Positions 56,600 to 64,000 of a stretch of 64,000 bases of DNA are shown here, piece after piece. Made by a program: the position numbers and the translations under genes. The stretch's first letter is position 1, and each line of letters starts with the position of its first letter. Source of the DNA: Candidatus Micrarchaeota archaeon (lineage in GTDB: Archaea > Micrarchaeota > Micrarchaeia > Anstonellales > Bilamarchaeaceae); assembly GCA_043827025.1 (NCBI GenBank), contig JBDRPL010000006.1, forward strand, positions 1-64,000. The letters are read 5' to 3'. The notes beneath the pieces were generated by a model. That model had not been told where the DNA came from and ran no database searches. It worked only from the letters and a program-made list of their open reading frames with translations.

Positions 56600-57052
56600 A
56601 TGTTTAGTAAGAAAGGCCAGGTCTCCACAGAGTATTTAGTTATTCTTGCGGTAGTACTGGTTATTGCTTTAGTTGTAGTATACATACTAAGCCAATCAAG
56701 CAGCGGAGTCTCAAGCACTCTTGAGAAGACAAGTCAGGCATATTGGGCAGGACAATCCCCTATTGCAGTTACTGGCTATAAGGCAGCAACAACCACATTG
56801 ACAGTAACCTTGAAGAATGTCGATGCACAGAAATTGACTGTTACGAATATCGTAGGAAGCGGTGTTACAGCATATACAACCAACGTTACATTGAATGTTG
56901 GTGAAGAAAAAGAAGTTGCATTAACCCTTCCAACTGCATGTACTTCAGGCGCTGCGTATGAGTATGATGATCTTGTGTTCACATATGCCAAAGGTGCATC
57001 AACCGGCCTTATTGAAGCTGGAGACAAAGCACTTGTAGGAAAGTGTACATAG
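56600..57052 (+). CDS. Major type IV pilin (copy 2)
   Basis: KKG|QVSTEYLVILAVVLVIALVVV; TTTATAA TATA; T-rich terminator downstream. Confidence 0.88.
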   Translation: MFSKKGQVSTEYLVILAVVLVIALVVVYILSQSSSGVSSTLEKTSQAYWAGQSPIAVTGYKAATTTLTVTLKNVDAQKLTVTNIVGSGVTAYTTNVTLNVGEEKEVALTLPTACTSGAAYEYDDLVFTYAKGASTGLIEAGDKALVGKCT

Positions 57053-57177
57053 TTTCATTTTTTTTCATTTTATCTTTTTACCCTTTTACCCCTGTTTTGT
57101 CTATGGGCTAATCCTTTCATAACGAATTAAAATCTAATCCTACAATAGTGCTACTATTCTTCAGGAGTGTGTTTTTT

Positions 57178-58179
57178 ATGAGAATAGCTATCAGCGGATT
57201 CGGACGGATTGGAAAGATGTTTTTGCGTGCAGCAGTTGCCCAGAATGTTCTTGGCAATGGAATTGACATCGTTGCAATCAATACATTGAGCCCTATTGAA
57301 ACACATATCCATCTTTTCAAGCATGACTCTGCAATGGGTAAATTCAATGGCAAGGTCGAGATTGTGGATGGGGATCTAGTTGTCAATGGCCACAGAATCA
57401 AATGGGTCAAGGAAGTCGATCCTCTGAAGTTGCCTTGGAAGGAATTGAAGATAGACCTTGTTTTAGAAAGCAGCGGAGAGTTCCGCTCTAGGGAAGATGC
57501 TGAGAAGCACCTAAAGGCAGGTGCACAGAAAGTCCTGATCTCTGCACCAGGCAAGGATGTTGATGCAACTATAGTTCCAGGTGTTAATGAGCACATACTC
57601 ACCCCTGAGATGAAGGTTCTGTCGCTTGCATCTTGTACTACCAATGGCCTTGCCCCAGTTTTGAAAGTCATAGATCAAGTATGGGGGATAGAAAAGGGTT
57701 TCCTGAGCACCATCCATGCGTATACTAATGACCAGAGAATACTTGATGGGAGCCATAAGGACCTTAGGCGTGCAAGAGCTGCAGCTGTTAACATCATTCC
57801 AACAACCACAGGTGCAGCAAAGGCAATAGGCCAGGTTTTGCCTCAGCTTGATGGCAAACTCGATGGAATCGCATTCAGGGTTCCAGTTATAGATGGTTCC
57901 ATAAATGACATAACCCTGGTACTCAGGAAAGAGGCCAATGCAAAGGATGTGAATAAGGAATTGAAAAGGGCAAGCCATGAAGAGCTGAAAGGTATTATTG
58001 AATATACGGAAGAACCTATAGTTTCCTCAGATGTCATAGGCACCTCTTTTTCAGGGATAGTGGATGGTTTGCTGACAAAAGCGAATGGCAATCTTCTCAA
58101 GCTGTCTGTCTGGTATGACAATGAATTCGGTTATTCTAATAGGCTGGTAGATCTTGTCAAAAAACTTGCAAAAATGTGA
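57178..58179 (+). CDS. gap: Class I (bacterial-type) glyceraldehyde-3-phosphate dehydrogenase
   Basis: GFGRIG, ASCTTN, DLRRARAAA.NIIPTTTGAAKA, WYDNEFGYS. Confidence 0.95.
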   Translation: MRIAISGFGRIGKMFLRAAVAQNVLGNGIDIVAINTLSPIETHIHLFKHDSAMGKFNGKVEIVDGDLVVNGHRIKWVKEVDPLKLPWKELKIDLVLESSGEFRSREDAEKHLKAGAQKVLISAPGKDVDATIVPGVNEHILTPEMKVLSLASCTTNGLAPVLKVIDQVWGIEKGFLSTIHAYTNDQRILDGSHKDLRRARAAAVNIIPTTTGAAKAIGQVLPQLDGKLDGIAFRVPVIDGSINDITLVLRKEANAKDVNKELKRASHEELKGIIEYTEEPIVSSDVIGTSFSGIVDGLLTKANGNLLKLSVWYDNEFGYSNRLVDLVKKLAKM

Positions 58180-58189
58180 GTGGTATTAG

Positions 58190-59206
58190 ATGAAGATACT
58201 CACACTAGATAATGAATTCATGAAGATTGCAGTGGATAACTTTGAGGATCTCTGGCATCTTGATAAGGTTCTGGAGCTAGGGGATGTGGCAGAAGCGTCT
58301 ACAATGCGCACAGTCAAATTCGGGAACAAGGAAGAGAAAAAGCCTGTTTTCATTGCAATAAAGATCGAGAAAATCGAGTTTTCAGAATCAGTTAATAGGC
58401 TTAGGCTACTTGGAAAAATTATTCGCGGAACACCTGAGGATCTTATACAGCTTGGAAAATATCATACTATTGAAGTAGAACCTGGTTCGAAGGTTGCCAT
58501 AATAAAGAAATGGAAGTCCTTTCAGATAAATAGATTGAAGCAGGCTGAGAAGGAGACCAGCAGACCCAAGATACGGGTTATTGTATTGGATGACGAACAT
58601 GCTCTTTTTGCAGAAGTGCGTGGCAGCGGTATAAAGTATGGGTTAGAGATAAGGAATACGACTTCCAAGAAGGATGAGAAATATGAAGAAAGGGTACGCC
58701 AGTATTTCGGCGACATAACAAAAGAGATCGAATCAACTAAAGAGAAATATATTGTTGCAGGCCCTGGCTTTTTCAAGGACAACCTCAAAAAATTCATACA
58801 TGATAAATACCCTCAGCTCCTCCAGAAGCTTATCTTCGAGAGTTGTAGCTATGCAGAAAGAAGCGGGGTTGATGAGCTTATGAAGAATGGGGCCCTTGAG
58901 AAAATTCTTGGGCAGGAACGGATGCTGCAGGAAGCAAAAATGCTCGAAGAGTTCATGGCTAATGTGGGCAAGGACAATAATCTTTCTATTTATGGACTTG
59001 ACCAGGTGAAGGATGCTGTGAATCATCATTCTGTGCAGAAGCTCCTTGTCCTGGACTCCTTATTAAGGAAATCCGAAGAAGTACAGCAGATCGTCGAAAC
59101 GGTCGAGCATTTTGGAGGCAAAATATTTATATTTTCTTCTGAGAGTGATTATGGTATGCGTTTAAATGGCTTTGGAGGCATAGTTGCAATAGCCAGATTT
59201 AGGTGA
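58190..59206 (+). CDS. pelA: Pelota mRNA surveillance protein
   Basis: EDLWHL, RLRLLGKI, GKYHTIEV, AGPGFFK, L.GFGGIVAIARF. Confidence 0.95.
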   Translation: MKILTLDNEFMKIAVDNFEDLWHLDKVLELGDVAEASTMRTVKFGNKEEKKPVFIAIKIEKIEFSESVNRLRLLGKIIRGTPEDLIQLGKYHTIEVEPGSKVAIIKKWKSFQINRLKQAEKETSRPKIRVIVLDDEHALFAEVRGSGIKYGLEIRNTTSKKDEKYEERVRQYFGDITKEIESTKEKYIVAGPGFFKDNLKKFIHDKYPQLLQKLIFESCSYAERSGVDELMKNGALEKILGQERMLQEAKMLEEFMANVGKDNNLSIYGLDQVKDAVNHHSVQKLLVLDSLLRKSEEVQQIVETVEHFGGKIFIFSSESDYGMRLNGFGGIVAIARFR

Positions 59207-59210
59207 TCAG

Positions 59211-60602
59211 ATGTCTGAAAACGGAAAAATGACAATTGCTAGAAAGGATTATCTCCTATGGGGAGGTTTGTTGTTATTGATAGTGCTTGCATCATATTTT
59301 TTGATGTCCAGTCCGAACATTCCTGGTCCTGGTGAATTTGGGCCTTTAAACAAAACCAATACATCAGGTGTCATTCTTACTCCTGAGTTCGTGACTGTTT
59401 CAGCTGTTTCAATAAAAGCTGAAAATTGCGAGCTTTGCAAAGGCGATGAGAAGATGATTCAGATACTTAAGAACGCTTCATATTATAGTGATCTTAGGAT
59501 AGGCGATGAACTCACACTTGATTATTCTTCTAAGGAAGCGCAGGATTATATCTCAAAATATAACCTTACTGTCTTTCCAACACTCATACTTTCAAAAGAG
59601 GCGAACCAAAGCCCGATATTCATGAAGGTTATGGATGCACCTAAATCACTCAGGGACTGGTCTATGGAATCCGATGGGGTATTTGTGCTTAGGAACCCTC
59701 CTGCACCTTATCAATCTAGAGGGGAGATGTACGGCATAGTGGAAGGCATTGAGATTGGAAGTAGCCAATGTCCAGCATGCACGGATTACAATCAGATCTA
59801 CAAATTCTTTAATCTAAAACAATTGTATTATACGATACAGAAATACAATGACACTGATCAGGAAGCCAAGGAGCTCATTGCCAAATACAACATAACTCAG
59901 ATTCCTGTGCTATTGATTAACAAATCCATAGAGAAGAATGAACAAGATTTCGGTTACTTCAATGATTCCTATGGTGAATATTTTGATCTCCAGGGAGACT
60001 ATTATATCTTTAGGAATATTCCTCCGCCTTATTTTGACCTTATTGAAAATAGGATAAGGGAAGGGATGGTCAGTTTGGTTGAATTGAGCGACAGGTATTG
60101 CACTGACTGCTATGCTGTCGCTGCGCATCAGCTTCTTCTGGAGGATGTCGGATTGTTTTTCATCAATATTGAACAATATGATATCAATGACATGGATGGA
60201 TTTGAGATAATAAGGGAATATGGAATAAATAAATTTCCTACAGTGTTACTTTCAGAAGATGCAATGGATTATGCGAGAATAAGGGACAGCTGGCATAGGC
60301 TTGGCACAGAGGAGGCTGATGGCTGGCTGGTGTTCAGGAACATGACTCAAATAAAGACTACGAATTACACTTATCTGCCTGGCCCTACATTCACCCATTT
60401 TGCAGTGAACACATCCTCTCCTCTTACAGTAAGCATTGGAAACAGAACTGCTACCCATGTGGTTGGCCCATTCACTGCAACGACTCCGAACACATATGTT
60501 TTGACAATAGTTTCAGCAGACAATGCAACCATAAGCAGGACGATCTCAGGGATGACAGATATCAATGTCGTCTATCAGGAAGGAATCTATATATTAAACT
60601 AA
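59211..60602 (+). CDS. Membrane-anchored protein with three tandem thioredoxin-like CxxC units
   Basis: CELC, CPAC and CTDC, each followed by I.KY(N/G)(I/L)...P.(L/V)(I/L)L and a D(G/Y)..(V/I)(L/F)RN motif. Confidence 0.75.
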   Translation: MSENGKMTIARKDYLLWGGLLLLIVLASYFLMSSPNIPGPGEFGPLNKTNTSGVILTPEFVTVSAVSIKAENCELCKGDEKMIQILKNASYYSDLRIGDELTLDYSSKEAQDYISKYNLTVFPTLILSKEANQSPIFMKVMDAPKSLRDWSMESDGVFVLRNPPAPYQSRGEMYGIVEGIEIGSSQCPACTDYNQIYKFFNLKQLYYTIQKYNDTDQEAKELIAKYNITQIPVLLINKSIEKNEQDFGYFNDSYGEYFDLQGDYYIFRNIPPPYFDLIENRIREGMVSLVELSDRYCTDCYAVAAHQLLLEDVGLFFINIEQYDINDMDGFEIIREYGINKFPTVLLSEDAMDYARIRDSWHRLGTEEADGWLVFRNMTQIKTTNYTYLPGPTFTHFAVNTSSPLTVSIGNRTATHVVGPFTATTPNTYVLTIVSADNATISRTISGMTDINVVYQEGIYILN

Positions 60603-60623
60603 AAAATAATTTTTTTATTTTAT

Positions 60624-61697
60624 TTAGGAACTTGTTATCATTTCCTGTTTTTTAGGAAGAACAAATTCGAATCTTTTTGCAAACTGCCTGTAGTGCCAAT
60701 CCATGTATCCTGCAAATCTTTTTGCAGCAAGTGTGCCAGGTATTCCAGCATATCCTTCGTACATGTGCGACCAGTTAATGCCTTTTCCACCATGGCATCG
60801 TACTACCAGTGAAAGCACTGCATATAATGTATTATTTGTTATCTCATAGCCTGGCCCTTCCTCAGCTGGAAAATTCATCATTGCATAGCCGCCTAGTTTT
60901 CTTATCGGACGGTTGAACATATACTTTTTTGCATATCTTGGATCTTTGTAATATGTATGTCTTGGTGTTAGCTGTATTCCGATCTGATATAAACCCACAT
61001 ATACTGATTCACTGCGCTCTTTTTTCACTATCATAGTGGCATTCGGATAATAACCGCTTTCATGGTCAATTGTTGGCAAAATCCGTAATGGATCTATCCC
61101 ATATATATTCCCAATCATCACCGCGGCGATTGTTGCATGATATACGACTTGTCTTGTTATTTTTCTTTTTCCTTTGTAATATTCAAGCCTACCTTCTACA
61201 AAGTCATCTATTGCCTTTTCATTGATTCGCAATGACTCTGCAAGTGTTTCTGGAGTCACGCCTTCATGTGCGTTTACTATTCCTGCAAGTGTCCTGCACA
61301 TTACCTGGAAGTTTGCATTTTGGCTCATTTCAATCTCTAATTTTCTTCTCTCGTCATCATCCATAATAAGATCTGGATCTACAGTAGTCTCGCTGATTAT
61401 GTCTTGATATTTTTTTGCTTCGTTTTCCCACCATTTTTTAGGTAGGGGTGATATTCTTTCCTTTATGTCAGGTACTGATTTCTCGAGAGCATTTGCTACT
61501 TCGCTTTCGCTATAATGCATTTTCTGTACTTCTGCCTCTGCCATATGGTAGATTCTTTTAATTTGTGTTGTGACTGCTCCTTCGGCTTGTGGGAGCATGA
61601 TAATATTGGCAAGAAGGGCAGTGCATGTACTAATTTTGCCTAGTATGCCTGGTTTTGAGGTATGACTTAAGCTGGGTGTTTTTTTTATTAATCGCAT
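60624..61697 (-). CDS. Lytic transglycosylase (SLT/lysozyme-like) domain protein
   Basis: YGIDP..I..TIDHESGYYPNA...GLYQI...N..YA; N-terminal basic and hydrophobic segment. Confidence 0.7.
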   Translation of the reverse strand: MRLIKKTPSLSHTSKPGILGKISTCTALLANIIMLPQAEGAVTTQIKRIYHMAEAEVQKMHYSESEVANALEKSVPDIKERISPLPKKWWENEAKKYQDIISETTVDPDLIMDDDERRKLEIEMSQNANFQVMCRTLAGIVNAHEGVTPETLAESLRINEKAIDDFVEGRLEYYKGKRKITRQVVYHATIAAVMIGNIYGIDPLRILPTIDHESGYYPNATMIVKKERSESVYVGLYQIGIQLTPRHTYYKDPRYAKKYMFNRPIRKLGGYAMMNFPAEEGPGYEITNNTLYAVLSLVVRCHGGKGINWSHMYEGYAGIPGTLAAKRFAGYMDWHYRQFAKRFEFVLPKKQEMITSS

Positions 61698-61735
61698 AAC
61701 GTGTTTCTAAGTGGTTAAATTTATATTACTTGGTT

Positions 61736-62800
61736 TCAGACATATCCTTCAATTAGCACATCATCCTGTACTTGTTTGATTGCAATTGCTTTCAAATGCC
61801 AGGCATCCTTCATTTTTTCCACCCCTTTTCCTTCAAATAGATTTATGCCGTTTCCCAATATTTGGCATGAGATAAAAATAGCGATTTTGTTTATCAATCC
61901 AGATTCAAGCATTGTTGTTGCCAATTCACTCCCTCCTTCCACAAGTATGGAAGTGATACCTATTTCACCAAGCTTCTCAAGCAATACTTTGAGGTCAATA
62001 TGGCCTTCTGATGTTTCTGGCAGGACAAGGACTTCCACACCTTCTTTTTCCAGCTTCTTTCTTTTCTCCTTGTCGTGTTTTGCGCTTGTTGCGATTATCC
62101 TTCTAGCATTGGGTTCAATCCAATTATGGCCAACAGGTGCCTTAAGATAACTGTCAACAATTATCCTTATTGGGTTTTCAGTGCCTGATTTTCTAGATGT
62201 CAGTCTTGGATTATCTACGAGCACAGTATTGATTCCGACCATTATTGCATCATATTCGCTTCTCCAGGAATTGGAAAGCGCCCTAGACTGTGCATTAGAT
62301 ATGTATTTGGAATCGCCTGTCTTAGTAGCAATTCTGCCATCAAGGGTCATTGCCAATTTCAGCATGACAAACGGTTTTCTTGTCTTTATCCAGTGGAAGA
62401 ATGATTCATTCATTTTATTACATTCCTCGTCTTCTAATATTTTGGCTTCAATCCCCTTTTTCTTGAGTTCAGAAACACTGTTCACCTTTGGGTTCTTGTC
62501 TCTGCACCCTATGATGACCTCTTTGAGCCCAGCTTCAATTATTGCACTGGTGCATGGAGGCGTCTTCTCATAATGTGAGCAAGGCTCAAGCGTCACATAA
62601 AGAGCAGCGCCTTTCAGCTCTTCCTTGTTTTTAACTGATTTTATTGCAGCTATCTCAGCATGGTCTCCGCCGAACTTAGCATGAAATCCTTCTCCAATTA
62701 TCTTGCCATTCTTTACAATAACAGCGCCTACTCTTGGATTAGGGGAAGGCCTTGCCTTTTTTGCAAGCTTCAATGCATGTTCTATATATTGGTTAGTCAT
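61736..62800 (-). CDS. ribD: Bifunctional riboflavin deaminase/reductase (bacterial type)
   Basis: PNPRVGAVIV, HAE, TLEPCSH..TPPC, LAMTLDGRIA, VEGG. Confidence 0.96.
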   Translation of the reverse strand: MTNQYIEHALKLAKKARPSPNPRVGAVIVKNGKIIGEGFHAKFGGDHAEIAAIKSVKNKEELKGAALYVTLEPCSHYEKTPPCTSAIIEAGLKEVIIGCRDKNPKVNSVSELKKKGIEAKILEDEECNKMNESFFHWIKTRKPFVMLKLAMTLDGRIATKTGDSKYISNAQSRALSNSWRSEYDAIMVGINTVLVDNPRLTSRKSGTENPIRIIVDSYLKAPVGHNWIEPNARRIIATSAKHDKEKRKKLEKEGVEVLVLPETSEGHIDLKVLLEKLGEIGITSILVEGGSELATTMLESGLINKIAIFISCQILGNGINLFEGKGVEKMKDAWHLKAIAIKQVQDDVLIEGYV

Positions 62801-62806
62801 ACGGGG

Positions 62807-63367
62807 TCACACTAGATGATCAAGCTTCTCTCTCTTTGTTTTTAAGTATTGCCTATTGTATTGGTTGGGTTTTATTGTAAGCGAGATACGCTCCACTACT
62901 ATCCCGTTTTCCTCCAAACCTTTCATTTTGTTTGGGTTATTCGTAAGCAGTTTTATCTTCTTTATCCCAAAATATTCGATTATCTTTGCAGCCACTTTGT
63001 AATCTCGATCATCACCATTGAACCCAAGTTTTTTGTTTGCATCAACCGTGTCAATTCCATTATCTTGGAGCGAGTATGCCTTTATCTTGTTCGCCAGTCC
63101 AATACCTCTTCCTTCTTGATCCAGATAAATAATCATGCCGCCTTCATTCCCAATTTGGGCCATTGAAGCTTCCAATTGCTCGCGGCAATCACATCTCAAC
63201 GACCCAAGCGTATCTCCTGTAAGGCATTTTGAATGGACTCGAACCAGCATTCCCTCTTTCGGTTCTTTGTTTGCAAGTACGATATGTTCGTTATCTTTTT
63301 CTTTGAATGCATATATGCAGAATTCTCCGAATTTAGTGGGAATCTTTGATTTTGCAACGAATTCCAT
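62807..63367 (-). CDS. ribA: GTP cyclohydrolase II
   Basis: VRVHSKCLTGD.LGS.RCDC, QEGRGIGL.NKI, LLTNNP. Confidence 0.96.
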   Translation of the reverse strand: MEFVAKSKIPTKFGEFCIYAFKEKDNEHIVLANKEPKEGMLVRVHSKCLTGDTLGSLRCDCREQLEASMAQIGNEGGMIIYLDQEGRGIGLANKIKAYSLQDNGIDTVDANKKLGFNGDDRDYKVAAKIIEYFGIKKIKLLTNNPNKMKGLEENGIVVERISLTIKPNQYNRQYLKTKREKLDHLV

Positions 63368-63379
63368 AATTTCATCTCC

Positions 63380-64000
63380 TTATCTGAGCCTTTGGCAAAG
63401 CTTGATTGCTGCTATCACTGCGTTTCTTGCATATTCTTCTTTCCTTTCTTCTGCCTGTTTTTCATTTGCTCCAGGCCCTATTATGCCTAAGGTTACGGGC
63501 ATGTTGAATTCCAGCGACAATCTTGATAATTGGTTTGCAGTTGAGTTCGCAATTACTTCATCGTGTTTTGTTTCTCCTTTGATTACTGCGCCCAGTGTAA
63601 CAATTGCGTCATTCCTTTTATCAAGCAATAACTTCTTTACTGCCAATGGGATGTCAAAACAGCCTGGAACAAAAATGATTTCGCCAATCTCGATTTTGTT
63701 CTCTGTGCAGGTTTTCTTCGCAACATTGACCATAAATTCGGTTATCTCTTTTTCGAATTCACCCACAACAAACCCAAACCTAATCTGTTTCTTCTTTCCC
63801 CATTCACCTTCATCTTCGAATCCCTGTCTTATTCCTTTTCCAGCCTGTTCGATTAGTTTGTTCGGGTTAAGTATAATGTCAACTGCATTGCAAGTATGTT
63901 TTCTAATTCGATTCTCCGCGATTTTCATCACTTTTTGTTCATTCCATGCTTCAGTTTCAAAGACAAAGACTTCGATTATGTGCTTTCCTGAATTCAATTT
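63380..64000 (-). CDS. Fusion of archaeal riboflavin synthase (C-terminal part visible) and lumazine synthase; 5'-truncated by the window
   Basis: KHIIEVFV.E.EA...AENR...H..NA.....NP..L...AG.G.RQGFED (RibC-like) in frame with VVGEF..VPGCFDIP..LGAVIKGETKHD (RibH). Confidence 0.8.
   Translation of the reverse strand, partial: KLNSGKHIIEVFVFETEAWNEQKVMKIAENRIRKHTCNAVDIILNPNKLIEQAGKGIRQGFEDEGEWGKKKQIRFGFVVGEFEKEITEFMVNVAKKTCTENKIEIGEIIFVPGCFDIPLAVKKLLLDKRNDAIVTLGAVIKGETKHDEVIANSTANQLSRLSLEFNMPVTLGIIGPGANEKQAEERKEEYARNAVIAAIKLCQRLR

Noticed and set aside
1..64000. CRISPR array, cas genes, rRNA, integrase/provirus
   Set aside because: No regularly spaced repeats or recognisable motifs seen by eye

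Overview
This is a 64-kb window of an AT-rich, gene-dense archaeal chromosome, most likely DPANN/Micrarchaeota. The assignment is inferred from an epsilon2-like tRNA splicing endonuclease, multi-intron tRNAs, archaeal ribosomal genes and PolB. Most genes are housekeeping: pheS/pheT, purF, thiolase-DUF35, the rps19e...ftsY operon, a 2-oxoacid:ferredoxin oxidoreductase, polB, pus10, map, lhr, nurA, gap, pelota and riboflavin genes. There is also a type IV pilus locus with a vWA adhesin. The most notable signals are: (1) two tRNA-Arg genes, each with an anticodon intron and a T-loop intron, built partly from a family of short palindromes that also occurs outside tRNAs; the first tRNA lies next to an intact IS200 element and the endA gene; (2) an in-frame fusion of archaeal riboflavin synthase and lumazine synthase in a mosaic rib operon; (3) an apparently exported lytic-transglycosylase-like protein near the pilus locus; (4) a protein with three tandem excisionase/BldC-like HTH units upstream of polB; (5) two paralogous orphan radical-SAM proteins. 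All calls come from reading motifs by eye; no database search or folding program was run.
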